DNA of 55,818 nucleotides from a bacterium (GTDB lineage Bacteria; Patescibacteriota; Minisyncoccia; Phycocordibacterales; JAKAEA01), in contig JAJYGQ010000001.1 of assembly GCA_021785065.1 (NCBI GenBank), forward strand, positions 1 through 55,818. The letters are read 5' to 3'. Positions within the stretch are counted from its first letter, which is position 1. Each line of letters starts with the position of its first letter. A program made the position numbers and the translations under genes. A model generated the notes under the pieces. That model made no database searches. It had not been told where the DNA came from and saw only the letters and a list, made by a program, of their open reading frames with translations. Positions 47,258-55,818 of this stretch are shown in pieces.

Positions 47258-47983
47258 ATGAACGAACATAACGACAACCGCATAGCTCACGATATCCAAG
47301 AAAACGTTCTCCGAAAAGTGGAGGAGGGAACGGTGCGTTCGCATTCGCGCGCGTTTTTCATGGTGCGTTTTGTGGGGACTATTACCGTGGCGGTACTCGC
47401 CTTTCTCCTCTCTACGTTTGTGGTGAGCTTCATCTTTTTTAGTATTCACGAGAGTGGCGAGCAGTTTCTTCTTGGTTTCGGTGGCGCAGGCGTGCTCACG
47501 TTCTTTGAACTTTTTCCGTGGACGTCGTTCATTATCGATATCGCGTTACTTGTTCTTTTAGAGTGGCTGCTGCAAGGATTTAAACTTGGCTATCGCGTCT
47601 CACTCGTTGTAATTTTTGTTGGTATTTTCGGTGGCAGCGCGCTGCTCGGGTTTTTAATTAACTTAACTCCACTACATACGACGCTTTTGGGACTGGCGAA
47701 CAAGGGAGAGCTGCCTATTGTCGGTAGTGTTTATGAAAGTATTCGTGATTGTCATGCCAGCCAAGGTGTCTTTCGTGGATCAATCATAGCGCTGGCACCG
47801 GGGCAGATTACTCTTACGCATCAAGATAGTGATCGTGATGGTGATGATGGTACTTGGACGGTGGTGCTTCCTCCTGGTTCCGGACCATTCTCGCTTGGTG
47901 AACGAGTCTACGTGTTTGGTCCGCTTGTCGACGGCCGTATCGAAGCACAGGGCGTTGAACCGCTTCCTACCGACCAATTTTAG
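47258..47983 (+). CDS. Putative anti-sigma / membrane protein
   Basis: Directly follows the ECF sigma; short cytoplasmic N-terminus, several TMs, C-terminal OB-like segment. Confidence 0.55.
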   Translation: MNEHNDNRIAHDIQENVLRKVEEGTVRSHSRAFFMVRFVGTITVAVLAFLLSTFVVSFIFFSIHESGEQFLLGFGGAGVLTFFELFPWTSFIIDIALLVLLEWLLQGFKLGYRVSLVVIFVGIFGGSALLGFLINLTPLHTTLLGLANKGELPIVGSVYESIRDCHASQGVFRGSIIALAPGQITLTHQDSDRDGDDGTWTVVLPPGSGPFSLGERVYVFGPLVDGRIEAQGVEPLPTDQF

Positions 47984-48068
47984 TAAGTATTTGTACTGAA
48001 TTGAAATAAAAAATATGTTGCTTCGTAGTATAAACGTGTAAGAATTATTTATTCGCGCGTTATATACT

Positions 48069-48578
48069 ATGAAAAAATATATTGTATCGTCGGTGGTTGT
48101 TGGAGCTATCGTGCTCTACATTTTGTAACAACATATTCAAGGGCCTGCTACGGTCGCTCTCGCGCCCACAACACCAGCGGCATCTTCCTCGTCACAAAAC
48201 ACTACTAACACTTCGAGCACGGCGAGCGGCAATACAAACAATACTACCGCTTCGAACACGAGCGCCCCGGCGGCTGCCGTGCCCACGAGTCGCTACAAAA
48301 ATGGCACCTACACTGGCCCAACGACCAATGCGTTTTACGGACCAATGCAAGTAGCGGCCGTTATTAGTGGTGGCAAACTTACAGCAATAAATGTGTTGCA
48401 GTATCCGCAAACGCATAGCTACTCCATTATGGTTAACAATGAGGCGCTGCCGTACCTGAAATCTGAGGCGATTCAAGCGCAGAGTGCCACGATAGACTCA
48501 ATTTCTGGTGCGACCGCGTCGAGCGACGCGTTTATGCAGTCTCTCGCTGCAGCTCTTTCACAAGCAAGCAACGGTTAA
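48069..48578 (+). pseudogene. Exported FMN-binding protein with in-frame premature TAA
   Basis: ATG 48069 encodes MKKYIVSSVVVGAIVLYIL, TAA at 48126-48128, and the same frame continues to YKNGTYTG...DSISGAT flavinylation motif. Confidence 0.8.
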
Positions 48579-48581
48579 TAT

Positions 48582-49337
48582 ATGCTACAACAAAGTCGAA
48601 TGTTGATGGGTATGCCTATTACCGTGACGATTGTTGATGAAAAGGCAACCGCGGCAGATAGTGATGCGGTGTTCGAGTATTTTACTTACGTTGATGAAAA
48701 ATTCAGTACCTATAAACCAACAAGTGAAATTAGTCGTATCAACAAAGGTGAGCTTGCCCCAGCCGAATATAGCGAAGATATGAAAACCATTTTTACTCTT
48801 TCCGAAGAAACAAAACAAGCAACCAACGGTTACTTTGACATTCGCGCGAGCGACGGCTCATGGGACCCTTCAGGGCTCGTCAAAGGATGGTCAATACACA
48901 ATGCCGCGAAAATCTTGGCGGAGCGCGGCTGTAAAAATTTTTGCATTGAAGCGGGCGGTGATATTCAGGTTGCCGGTACTAATGCCGCGGGTGGTCCGTG
49001 GCGCATTGGTTTACGAAACCCGTTTCAGCATCAGGAAATTATTAAAACTGTGGCGGTGAGCACTGAAGGAGTGGCGACCAGCGGCACCTATTTGCGCGGG
49101 CAACATATTTACAATCCACACCAGCGGAGTGAACAACTCACTGACGTGGTGAGTATCAGCGTTATCGGGCCAAATATTTATGAAGCTGATCGCTTTGCCA
49201 CGGCGGCGTTTGCGATGGGGCAGCAAGGTATTTCATTCATTGAACAGGTACCAGGTTTCGAAGGATATCAGATTAATCATAATGGTGTCGCTACTATGAC
49301 GAGCGGCTTTGAAAACTATGTTACGAACTATGCTTAA
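48582..49337 (+). CDS. apbE: FAD:protein FMN transferase
   Basis: MGMPITV, FSTYKPTSEISRIN, DPSGLVKGW, EAGGDI, VATSG, HIYNP. Confidence 0.92.
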   Translation: MLQQSRMLMGMPITVTIVDEKATAADSDAVFEYFTYVDEKFSTYKPTSEISRINKGELAPAEYSEDMKTIFTLSEETKQATNGYFDIRASDGSWDPSGLVKGWSIHNAAKILAERGCKNFCIEAGGDIQVAGTNAAGGPWRIGLRNPFQHQEIIKTVAVSTEGVATSGTYLRGQHIYNPHQRSEQLTDVVSISVIGPNIYEADRFATAAFAMGQQGISFIEQVPGFEGYQINHNGVATMTSGFENYVTNYA

Positions 49338-50859
49338 ATTTATCGACAATATTCTCGACAAAATTACGATGTATCGAGTGGTGCTGTACGTGCTCATTGG
49401 GCTCGTCGGCATCACGGCGCTGTTAGGAGCGGTGCACCTTGTACCGTACAATCCCGTCGCTATTATTTTCTCTGCATTTTTCTTTACTGTGCTGTGTGTG
49501 GCGGCTAATGCGCTCTTTGTCTGGGCGTTTTCTGTGCCGGCAAATGTGGAATCAGTGTACATTACAGCGCTTATCTTAGCCCTCATTGTGTCACCGCCGC
49601 GTTCACCGAGCGATGGTATATTTTTTACGCTCGCAATACTTTCCTCAGTGATTGCAATGGCATCAAAATATATTTTAGCTATTGGTCGAAAGCATATTTT
49701 TAACCCGGCGGCGATTGCTATGGTGATTACCGGTTTTGCTTTTGGTATGCCGGCGAGCTGGTGGATTGGCACCAAGGCCGCCCTGCCATTCGTTATCATC
49801 GGAGGTCTTCTGATTACCAGAAAAATTCGTCGCTTCGATCTCGTTATTAGTTTCGGTGCGGTGGCCGCTATCACGATGGCCTTGACTCCTTTTGCTGGTC
49901 TATTTGGCACCGTGGTGAATTGGGGACAAGCGGTCGCTGATTCACCAATTATATTTTTTGCGACCGTTATGTTGACCGAACCGTTGACATCGCCGCCAAC
50001 ACGCTGGCGTCGAATTATCTACGGCGGTATTGTCGGGTTTCTTTTTGCGCCAGCGGTACACGTGGGGAATTTCTATATTGCTCCGGAGTTGGCGCTGGTG
50101 GCGGGGAACGTGTTTGCGTATCTGGTGAGTCCGAAAGATCGGCTCATCTTGCAGTTGAAAAAAATCCAGAAGGTGGCTCATGACACCTATCATTTCGTTT
50201 TTAGTAGTCCGCGGCCGCTCGCTTTTGCGCCCGGGCAGTATCTTGAATGGACGCTTCCCGCGCGGGGAGCAGATAGTCGTGGTAATCGTCGCTACTTTAC
50301 CGTGGCTTCGGCGCCGACCGAATCCGACATTATGCTCGGCGTAAAATTTTATCCCAATCCGAGTAGTTTCAAACGGCAGCTCGCGGCGATGCGTCCGCGC
50401 GACACCATCATTGCGTCGCAACGAGCCGGTGAATTCACACTACCTTACAACCGAAAGAAAAAACTCGCCTTCATTGCGGGCGGCATCGGCATCACGCCGT
50501 TTCGCAGTATGTTGAAGTTTCTCATTGATCGTGATGAAGAGCGCGATATTGTGATGCTCTACTCAAATAAAACTATTGCCGACATTGCTTACACTGATGT
50601 GCTCGATACTGCTTACGAGCAGCTGGGCATTAAAACAATTTATACGCTCACCGATGAAGACACTATTCCGCCCACCTGGCGCGGTGAACGTGGTTTCATT
50701 GACGCAAAAATGATTACCAGAGAAATTCCCGATTTTGCCGAGCGCATTTTTTATCTCTCCGGTCCGCGGGTTATGGTGGTGCATTTTGACGAGGTGCTAC
50801 GCGGTCTCGGTGTTCACCGTTCGCACATCAAAAAAGACTTTTTCCCCGGTTTTGCCTAA
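49330..50859 (+). CDS. RnfD/NqrB-like membrane domain fused to ferredoxin-NADP reductase-like FAD/NAD-binding domain
   Basis: KHIFNPAA and MLTEPLTSP (RnfD-like); PGQYLEW, RRYFTVASAP, FIAGGIGITPFRSML, YLSGP (FNR). Confidence 0.88.
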   Translation: MLKFIDNILDKITMYRVVLYVLIGLVGITALLGAVHLVPYNPVAIIFSAFFFTVLCVAANALFVWAFSVPANVESVYITALILALIVSPPRSPSDGIFFTLAILSSVIAMASKYILAIGRKHIFNPAAIAMVITGFAFGMPASWWIGTKAALPFVIIGGLLITRKIRRFDLVISFGAVAAITMALTPFAGLFGTVVNWGQAVADSPIIFFATVMLTEPLTSPPTRWRRIIYGGIVGFLFAPAVHVGNFYIAPELALVAGNVFAYLVSPKDRLILQLKKIQKVAHDTYHFVFSSPRPLAFAPGQYLEWTLPARGADSRGNRRYFTVASAPTESDIMLGVKFYPNPSSFKRQLAAMRPRDTIIASQRAGEFTLPYNRKKKLAFIAGGIGITPFRSMLKFLIDRDEERDIVMLYSNKTIADIAYTDVLDTAYEQLGIKTIYTLTDEDTIPPTWRGERGFIDAKMITREIPDFAERIFYLSGPRVMVVHFDEVLRGLGVHRSHIKKDFFPGFA

Positions 50860-50957
50860 AGCGAGATTTTTTGCATTTCCCCCCTAAAATAAGGATATTT
50901 ATCAACAGTTTACCCTATATTTGTATAACAATCTGATGATATAATGATGGTGGCCCA

Positions 50958-53900
50958 ATGAAGTCACCTAGACAAAAATATACACAAAGTATGGCCCGAG
51001 TGGTGATCATTGTCGTGCTCATCGCTTTTTTCATATCCGGAAACGTCTACGCAGCTGAAAAAACCCCCTCGAGCGCGGCCATTCCAACACCAACTTCTAG
51101 TCCTATAGAGAGTTCTGCCCCAAGCGCACTGTCATCAGTGTCATCTTCATTCGTTGCTGCCGTGGGGGATACCGTTAACGGGGTGACGAACACGCTTTCG
51201 TCATTCTGGAATTCAGTTGTCGGATTTTTCTGGCACAGTACACCGCCGTCAACAGCCCCAACACTCACCACTTCATCAACGCCCCACGCATCGTTTCCTA
51301 TTGCTCCGAAAAATCAAGTAACTGCTACTGACACCATCCACACGTCTACGTCGCAGCCGCTGCTCTATCCGCAAACACAAGTCGATTCGCAGCAAGACAT
51401 AAATCAATCTGTTTCTCTTGCGCCCACTACACCTTTCGCTCCCGACACGGTCACGCGTGCCGAACTCGGTGCTAGTTTACAATTACTCTCGCAGCAACTC
51501 ACCGCGCAAATCGCCGCGATACCGCGGATTACTGGCATTATAATTCCGCCTGCCCCGTCGGGAGGAGCAGGCGTTACTACCGTGGGGGCGTTGAGCTCCG
51601 GTTCAATCGCGTCTGGTTTCGGTCCGATAGATATTGGCAGCAATGATCTCACCGCTGGTCTCGGTACTCTTTCCGATCTCTCCGTCTCAGCCACTACTAC
51701 CACGGGAACACTCGATGTCACCAACTCCACCGGCCCCAGCGCCACCTTTGCCGGCGATGTTGGCATTGGCACCACCAATCCAAAATATCTCTTAGACGTT
51801 GCTGGCGCCGCCCACTTCGACACCTTAGTCACCAACGGTCAAACCATTGGTGGCAATTTCGGCGTCACTGGTACCGCTTCGTTTGCCACCACCACCATCA
51901 CTGGCCCACTCACCCTCGGTAGTCTCAACGGCCTCATCTACGGCACCAACGGATCACTAAGCGCTATCGCCACTTCATCGCTTGGCATTCCGCTCGCCGC
52001 TTCCACCACCGCCTGGAACGATTTCTACAACACACCTTCCACCCGCATCACTGCCGGCACCGGCCTCGCCTGGTCGGGCAACACCCTCAATGCCGCTGCC
52101 ACCGCTCCCGGCGGCGCATCATCTACTATTCAGTACAACGCCAATGGTTCACTTGGTGGTAATAATAATTTTGTTTTTAATGGAACCGATGTTGGTATTG
52201 GCACAACGTCGCCGACAACAGCTCTTTCTATCACCGGTGACACTACTATCACTTCCAATGATCAAAACGCTCTGCAAATAAATAATGCCGCAGGTTCTCC
52301 GATGATAAATATGGGTGAGTGGCAAAACAATTCCAATTACAGTGGTATTTGGTTGAAACAATCAAGTCCTTCCGCTGGCAACTATGCACTTCTGGGAACT
52401 AATGATGGCCTATTTCTCAATGGTCCAACAACAAATGGATTTATTCAATTTAATATCAACAACACTATCGGGGCGATGAGAATTATTTCAAACGGCTTTG
52501 TCGGTATCGGCACAAGTCACCCCGTAAACAAACTCGACATCGCTGGCGCCGAAGCGATCGGCTCCTACGCAGGCGTGAATACTGCACCAAGCAATGGTTT
52601 AATTGTGAGTGGTAATGTGGGGATAGGTTCTTCAACGCCGTCGTACCCTCTCACCGTTGGTACTTCACTATTCAACGTAGACTCGAATGGATATATTGGT
52701 TCAGGGATGGGTGGTTTCAACCCTATTATTGAACCAGATTTGTATTATGATTCTTATGATTTTTCGTTACGAGGATTTGCAAACCAAAAATTTGTTACTG
52801 TGGGATATGAGGCTGTTTCGGGTGGCAATCCTGGTGTGGGTATTTCTCAACAGGGTGGTATTGCGTGGACAGAAAGTACTTCAAACTCAACGCGAGCAGG
52901 TGTGGATTCACTTACTCTCACACAACCATCAAATGGTTCTCTCGAAATAAAATCTCCAACAACAAATACTTTAACTGGTATTGGGGTTGCGCCAGTAAAC
53001 ACACTCGACGTCTCAGGTGCCGAAGCTATCGGCTTATACGCAGGCATAAATACCGCTCCGAGCGACGGTTTGATTGTGAGTGGTCAAACAGCACTTGGAA
53101 CAAATAGTGTAGTAAGCGGCGCTACTCTTACTGTAAATAACAATATTGCTTTTTCTGGTACAGGTACGGGTAATGCGGGAAATATATCGTGGGGTACAGG
53201 ATTCGGTTCACCCGCTCTTACGCTTTATAATGGTGGTGCTACAGGAAGTTATGGGTGGGGATTGATACCAAATACAACCGAGTTCTTTATGCCTTCTAAT
53301 TCTTCATCTAATATCTATGAATGGACAGGCGGTGGTACATTTTCAACTACGGCGGGAACTAATGCTGCTATGGTATTGAATACCTATTATGACCGACTCG
53401 GCATCGGCACCAGTTCGCCCTATGCTACTCTCTCTGTCGTGGGTAATCTCGCGCTCACTGGCGCGCTCTATGACAGTGCCGCGAGCCCGGGCGCTAATGG
53501 CGATATTTTGCAATCGACGGGATCGGGCACGCAGTGGATTGCGACAAGTTCGCTTGGCATCGCGTCGGGAAAAATTAACGCAACCTATCCGCTCGAAGAT
53601 ACGGCTGGCGCGCTTTCACTTGCTTTCGGCACCACCACAGCTAACACCTGGTCGGGCGCACAAACATTTGCCAGTCCCATCACCGTGACAGGCACCGGCA
53701 CCTCGACGTTCGACAGTAATATTGCCATCGCCGGCAACATTGTGCCTACGGCCAACAACACCTATAGTCTCGGCACGGCAAGTTCCACCTGGAAGAGTGT
53801 CTACATCGGTCCCGGCTCGCTCTATGTAAACGGTCAAGAAGTTATTCATACTGATCCCAGTAAAAACGTCAATATCAACGCTGACACTAACCAAAGCCTT

Positions 53901-55818
53901 GTGCTAGGAACCTTTGGCACTGGCAACATCGATCTAAATCCCTCTGGTTCGGGAGTGATTGAGCTCCAAGGTAATGTGCTTGTACCCGGTGGCAATACCA
54001 TTTCGACAACCAACAATAGTCCGCTTGATTTTCTCAGTGGTATTAATGCTGGCAATGTTGCGCTGAATGGTAACACGCTTGAAGCGAGTAATCTCAATGG
54101 CGGTCTCGCCATTGCTGCTACAGGCACGGGTGCTGTCTACGTTACTCACGGCAATTTCGGCATCGGCACGACAAGTCCCAGCGTTGCCGCGCTCGACGTC
54201 GCTGGCGGTGGTTATTTCTCTGGTAATCTTAAACTTGGCGGTGCACTCACGGTGAGCGGTAGTGGCACCTCCACTTTTGCCAACGGTATCAATCTCACTG
54301 GCGGCTGTCTTGAACTGGGTGGTTCTTGTTTTACAGGCGGCGGCACACCAGGCGGCGCATCATCTACAATTCAGTACAACAAAAACGGCTCGTTTGGCGG
54401 TTCAAATAATTTCGTCTTTAATGGTACGGATGTCGGCATCGGCAGTACAACTCCCACGTATAGTTTAAGTGTTGGTAATAATGCATATGTAGTTGGTAGT
54501 ACGGGTGAATTTGTTTCGCAAGACGCATTTGATTTCGGTCCTAGCAATAATAGTAATGGTCTTTACACAGCGCGTGGTGATTTTACCTATTGGGGGAAAC
54601 CAAGTTCAAAAATTGTCTTCAGTACAGGTACTTATGAGGATTTAGCTTTTCCTAATACGGGTGAAATTATTTTTAGCTCTGCTGCTAACAGTGCAACAGC
54701 TCAAAATATTCGTTCAGGAGGTGATACTTTTCTTACACGTTATAGTGCAAACAATTTGCTACTTTCTTCAAATGGAAGTACGGGGTTAGCTAATCTTTTA
54801 GTTACAGGCAAAATTGGCATCGATACCACTAACCCTCAAAACAAACTTGACGTCTCTGGCGGTGCAGCTATCGGCTCATACGCAGGCGTCAACACCGCAC
54901 CGAGTAATGGCTTGATTGTGAGTGGAAATGTGGGGATTGGTACGAATAATCCACTATCGCAAGTCTCTATTTCAGGTACTGCACCAACTTTAAACTTATA
55001 CACCACTAATGACAATACAGGCACAAGTTCGATTCTTTTTAGTTCAGGTATTAATCATCCAGCCCAAGCTGGTATTTTTGCTAAGAGCCAAGGTGCTTAT
55101 GACCAAACTAACTTATATATATCCTCAAACTTCGCTAATAATGGCGCACCAGCTCAAATTTCTAATGCTCAAATTGCAATAACTCCAGATGGTACTCAAA
55201 TAAATGGTCCATTTGGATTAAATGCGACTCCTGTAGCTAATCGGCTTACACTCGCACCCTCGACGGGTAATGAATTTAATCTTAATGTCGCTTCGGGATT
55301 TAATAATGGAACAGCGCTTATAAATTTTGCTAATGCGGTTGGAACAATTAAAACTGCTATTTATTCTGCAGCCAATGGTGCTTATGGAGTAGGAGATGGA
55401 ATCAATTTTGCGATTAACCCGTACACAAATGGTTCCACTATTAGCACTACGACGAACAACTATACACGTTTATTTATTTCTCCCAATGGACAAGTAGCTA
55501 CTGGATATAATGCCGCTGGTATTACGAGTTCGTCAGCATCTTTCACCGTAGAAGGTACATCAACACTTCCCACAGTACCTCTGGTGAATATCGCGTCATC
55601 AACAGGTTCAACCCTCTTTACAATAACCAATTCTGGCAACGTGGGTATTAATACAACCAGTCCCGTAAACAAACTCGATGTAAACGGCGCCGAAGCTATC
55701 GGTTCCTACGCCGGTGTGAACACCGCACCAAGTAATGGCTTGATTGTTAGTGGCAATGTGGGGATTGGTACGAATAATCCAAGTGCGCCTCTAGATATAT
55801 CTTATTCCGACAATAATT
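50958..55818 (+). CDS. Giant surface protein with GNVGIGT repeats, partial (more than 1620 aa, runs off the window)
   Basis: ATG 50958 (or 50991), signal peptide ending NVYA; same frame confirmed at 52560, 53031, 54831 and 55740; missing from the ORF track, consistent with no stop before the edge. Confidence 0.85.
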   Translation, partial: MKSPRQKYTQSMARVVIIVVLIAFFISGNVYAAEKTPSSAAIPTPTSSPIESSAPSALSSVSSSFVAAVGDTVNGVTNTLSSFWNSVVGFFWHSTPPSTAPTLTTSSTPHASFPIAPKNQVTATDTIHTSTSQPLLYPQTQVDSQQDINQSVSLAPTTPFAPDTVTRAELGASLQLLSQQLTAQIAAIPRITGIIIPPAPSGGAGVTTVGALSSGSIASGFGPIDIGSNDLTAGLGTLSDLSVSATTTTGTLDVTNSTGPSATFAGDVGIGTTNPKYLLDVAGAAHFDTLVTNGQTIGGNFGVTGTASFATTTITGPLTLGSLNGLIYGTNGSLSAIATSSLGIPLAASTTAWNDFYNTPSTRITAGTGLAWSGNTLNAAATAPGGASSTIQYNANGSLGGNNNFVFNGTDVGIGTTSPTTALSITGDTTITSNDQNALQINNAAGSPMINMGEWQNNSNYSGIWLKQSSPSAGNYALLGTNDGLFLNGPTTNGFIQFNINNTIGAMRIISNGFVGIGTSHPVNKLDIAGAEAIGSYAGVNTAPSNGLIVSGNVGIGSSTPSYPLTVGTSLFNVDSNGYIGSGMGGFNPIIEPDLYYDSYDFSLRGFANQKFVTVGYEAVSGGNPGVGISQQGGIAWTESTSNSTRAGVDSLTLTQPSNGSLEIKSPTTNTLTGIGVAPVNTLDVSGAEAIGLYAGINTAPSDGLIVSGQTALGTNSVVSGATLTVNNNIAFSGTGTGNAGNISWGTGFGSPALTLYNGGATGSYGWGLIPNTTEFFMPSNSSSNIYEWTGGGTFSTTAGTNAAMVLNTYYDRLGIGTSSPYATLSVVGNLALTGALYDSAASPGANGDILQSTGSGTQWIATSSLGIASGKINATYPLEDTAGALSLAFGTTTANTWSGAQTFASPITVTGTGTSTFDSNIAIAGNIVPTANNTYSLGTASSTWKSVYIGPGSLYVNGQEVIHTDPSKNVNINADTNQSLVLGTFGTGNIDLNPSGSGVIELQGNVLVPGGNTISTTNNSPLDFLSGINAGNVALNGNTLEASNLNGGLAIAATGTGAVYVTHGNFGIGTTSPSVAALDVAGGGYFSGNLKLGGALTVSGSGTSTFANGINLTGGCLELGGSCFTGGGTPGGASSTIQYNKNGSFGGSNNFVFNGTDVGIGSTTPTYSLSVGNNAYVVGSTGEFVSQDAFDFGPSNNSNGLYTARGDFTYWGKPSSKIVFSTGTYEDLAFPNTGEIIFSSAANSATAQNIRSGGDTFLTRYSANNLLLSSNGSTGLANLLVTGKIGIDTTNPQNKLDVSGGAAIGSYAGVNTAPSNGLIVSGNVGIGTNNPLSQVSISGTAPTLNLYTTNDNTGTSSILFSSGINHPAQAGIFAKSQGAYDQTNLYISSNFANNGAPAQISNAQIAITPDGTQINGPFGLNATPVANRLTLAPSTGNEFNLNVASGFNNGTALINFANAVGTIKTAIYSAANGAYGVGDGINFAINPYTNGSTISTTTNNYTRLFISPNGQVATGYNAAGITSSSASFTVEGTSTLPTVPLVNIASSTGSTLFTITNSGNVGINTTSPVNKLDVNGAEAIGSYAGVNTAPSNGLIVSGNVGIGTNNPSAPLDISYSDNN

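Noticed and set aside
48126-48128. Stop-codon reassignment explaining the internal TAA
   Set aside because: TAA, TAG and TGA all end conserved genes normally in this window (pilB TAA, purD TAA, ligA TGA)
51047-55672. Short ORF-track entries on both strands across the giant gene and elsewhere
   Set aside because: Shadow or off-frame ORFs over well-supported genes; no motifs or expression signals
54840-55781. Diversity-generating retroelement VR/TR pair among giant-protein repeats
   Set aside because: Differences between copies are mostly synonymous and not adenine-specific; no reverse transcriptase in window

Overview
Bacterial chromosomal segment in the standard genetic code (ligA ends in TGA). 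Gene content and architecture point to Patescibacteria/CPR, probably Parcubacteria; this is inferred, not database-checked. From left to right: tRNA-Ser, comF, then a complete secretin-less type IV pilus locus (pilM/N/O/P-like, pilB, a lone receiver protein, pilT, pilC, two pilins, pilD, four minor pilins). Next come two large paralogous surface proteins with a duplicated DnaA-box promoter and internal signal peptides, then ligA, a NYN nuclease, gatCA, and a tRNA-rich accessory stretch (fMet, Met/Ile2, Asp, 2x Thr) holding small standalone genes and a candidate structured ncRNA. After these lie a shortened prfB, ftsEX, pyrG and tRNA-Gln(CUG). The best candidate for an undescribed system is directly downstream of tRNA-Gln (36.3-42.9 kb): an integron-like array of co-oriented, AT-richer genes, mostly nucleotide-acting enzymes (HD, PurD, CYTH, NDK, HD, HIT, HIT). 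These genes are separated by eight degenerate copies of the tRNA-Gln T-loop/acceptor 3' end, with conserved dyad motifs and no integrase in the window. The window ends with SdpI-like, GT-B, ZIP, ECF sigma/anti-sigma, a flavinylation module (FMN-binding gene with a premature stop, apbE, RnfD-FNR fusion) and a giant GIGT-repeat surface protein that runs off the right edge and is missing from the ORF track. All product calls come from motif recognition by eye; no searches were run.
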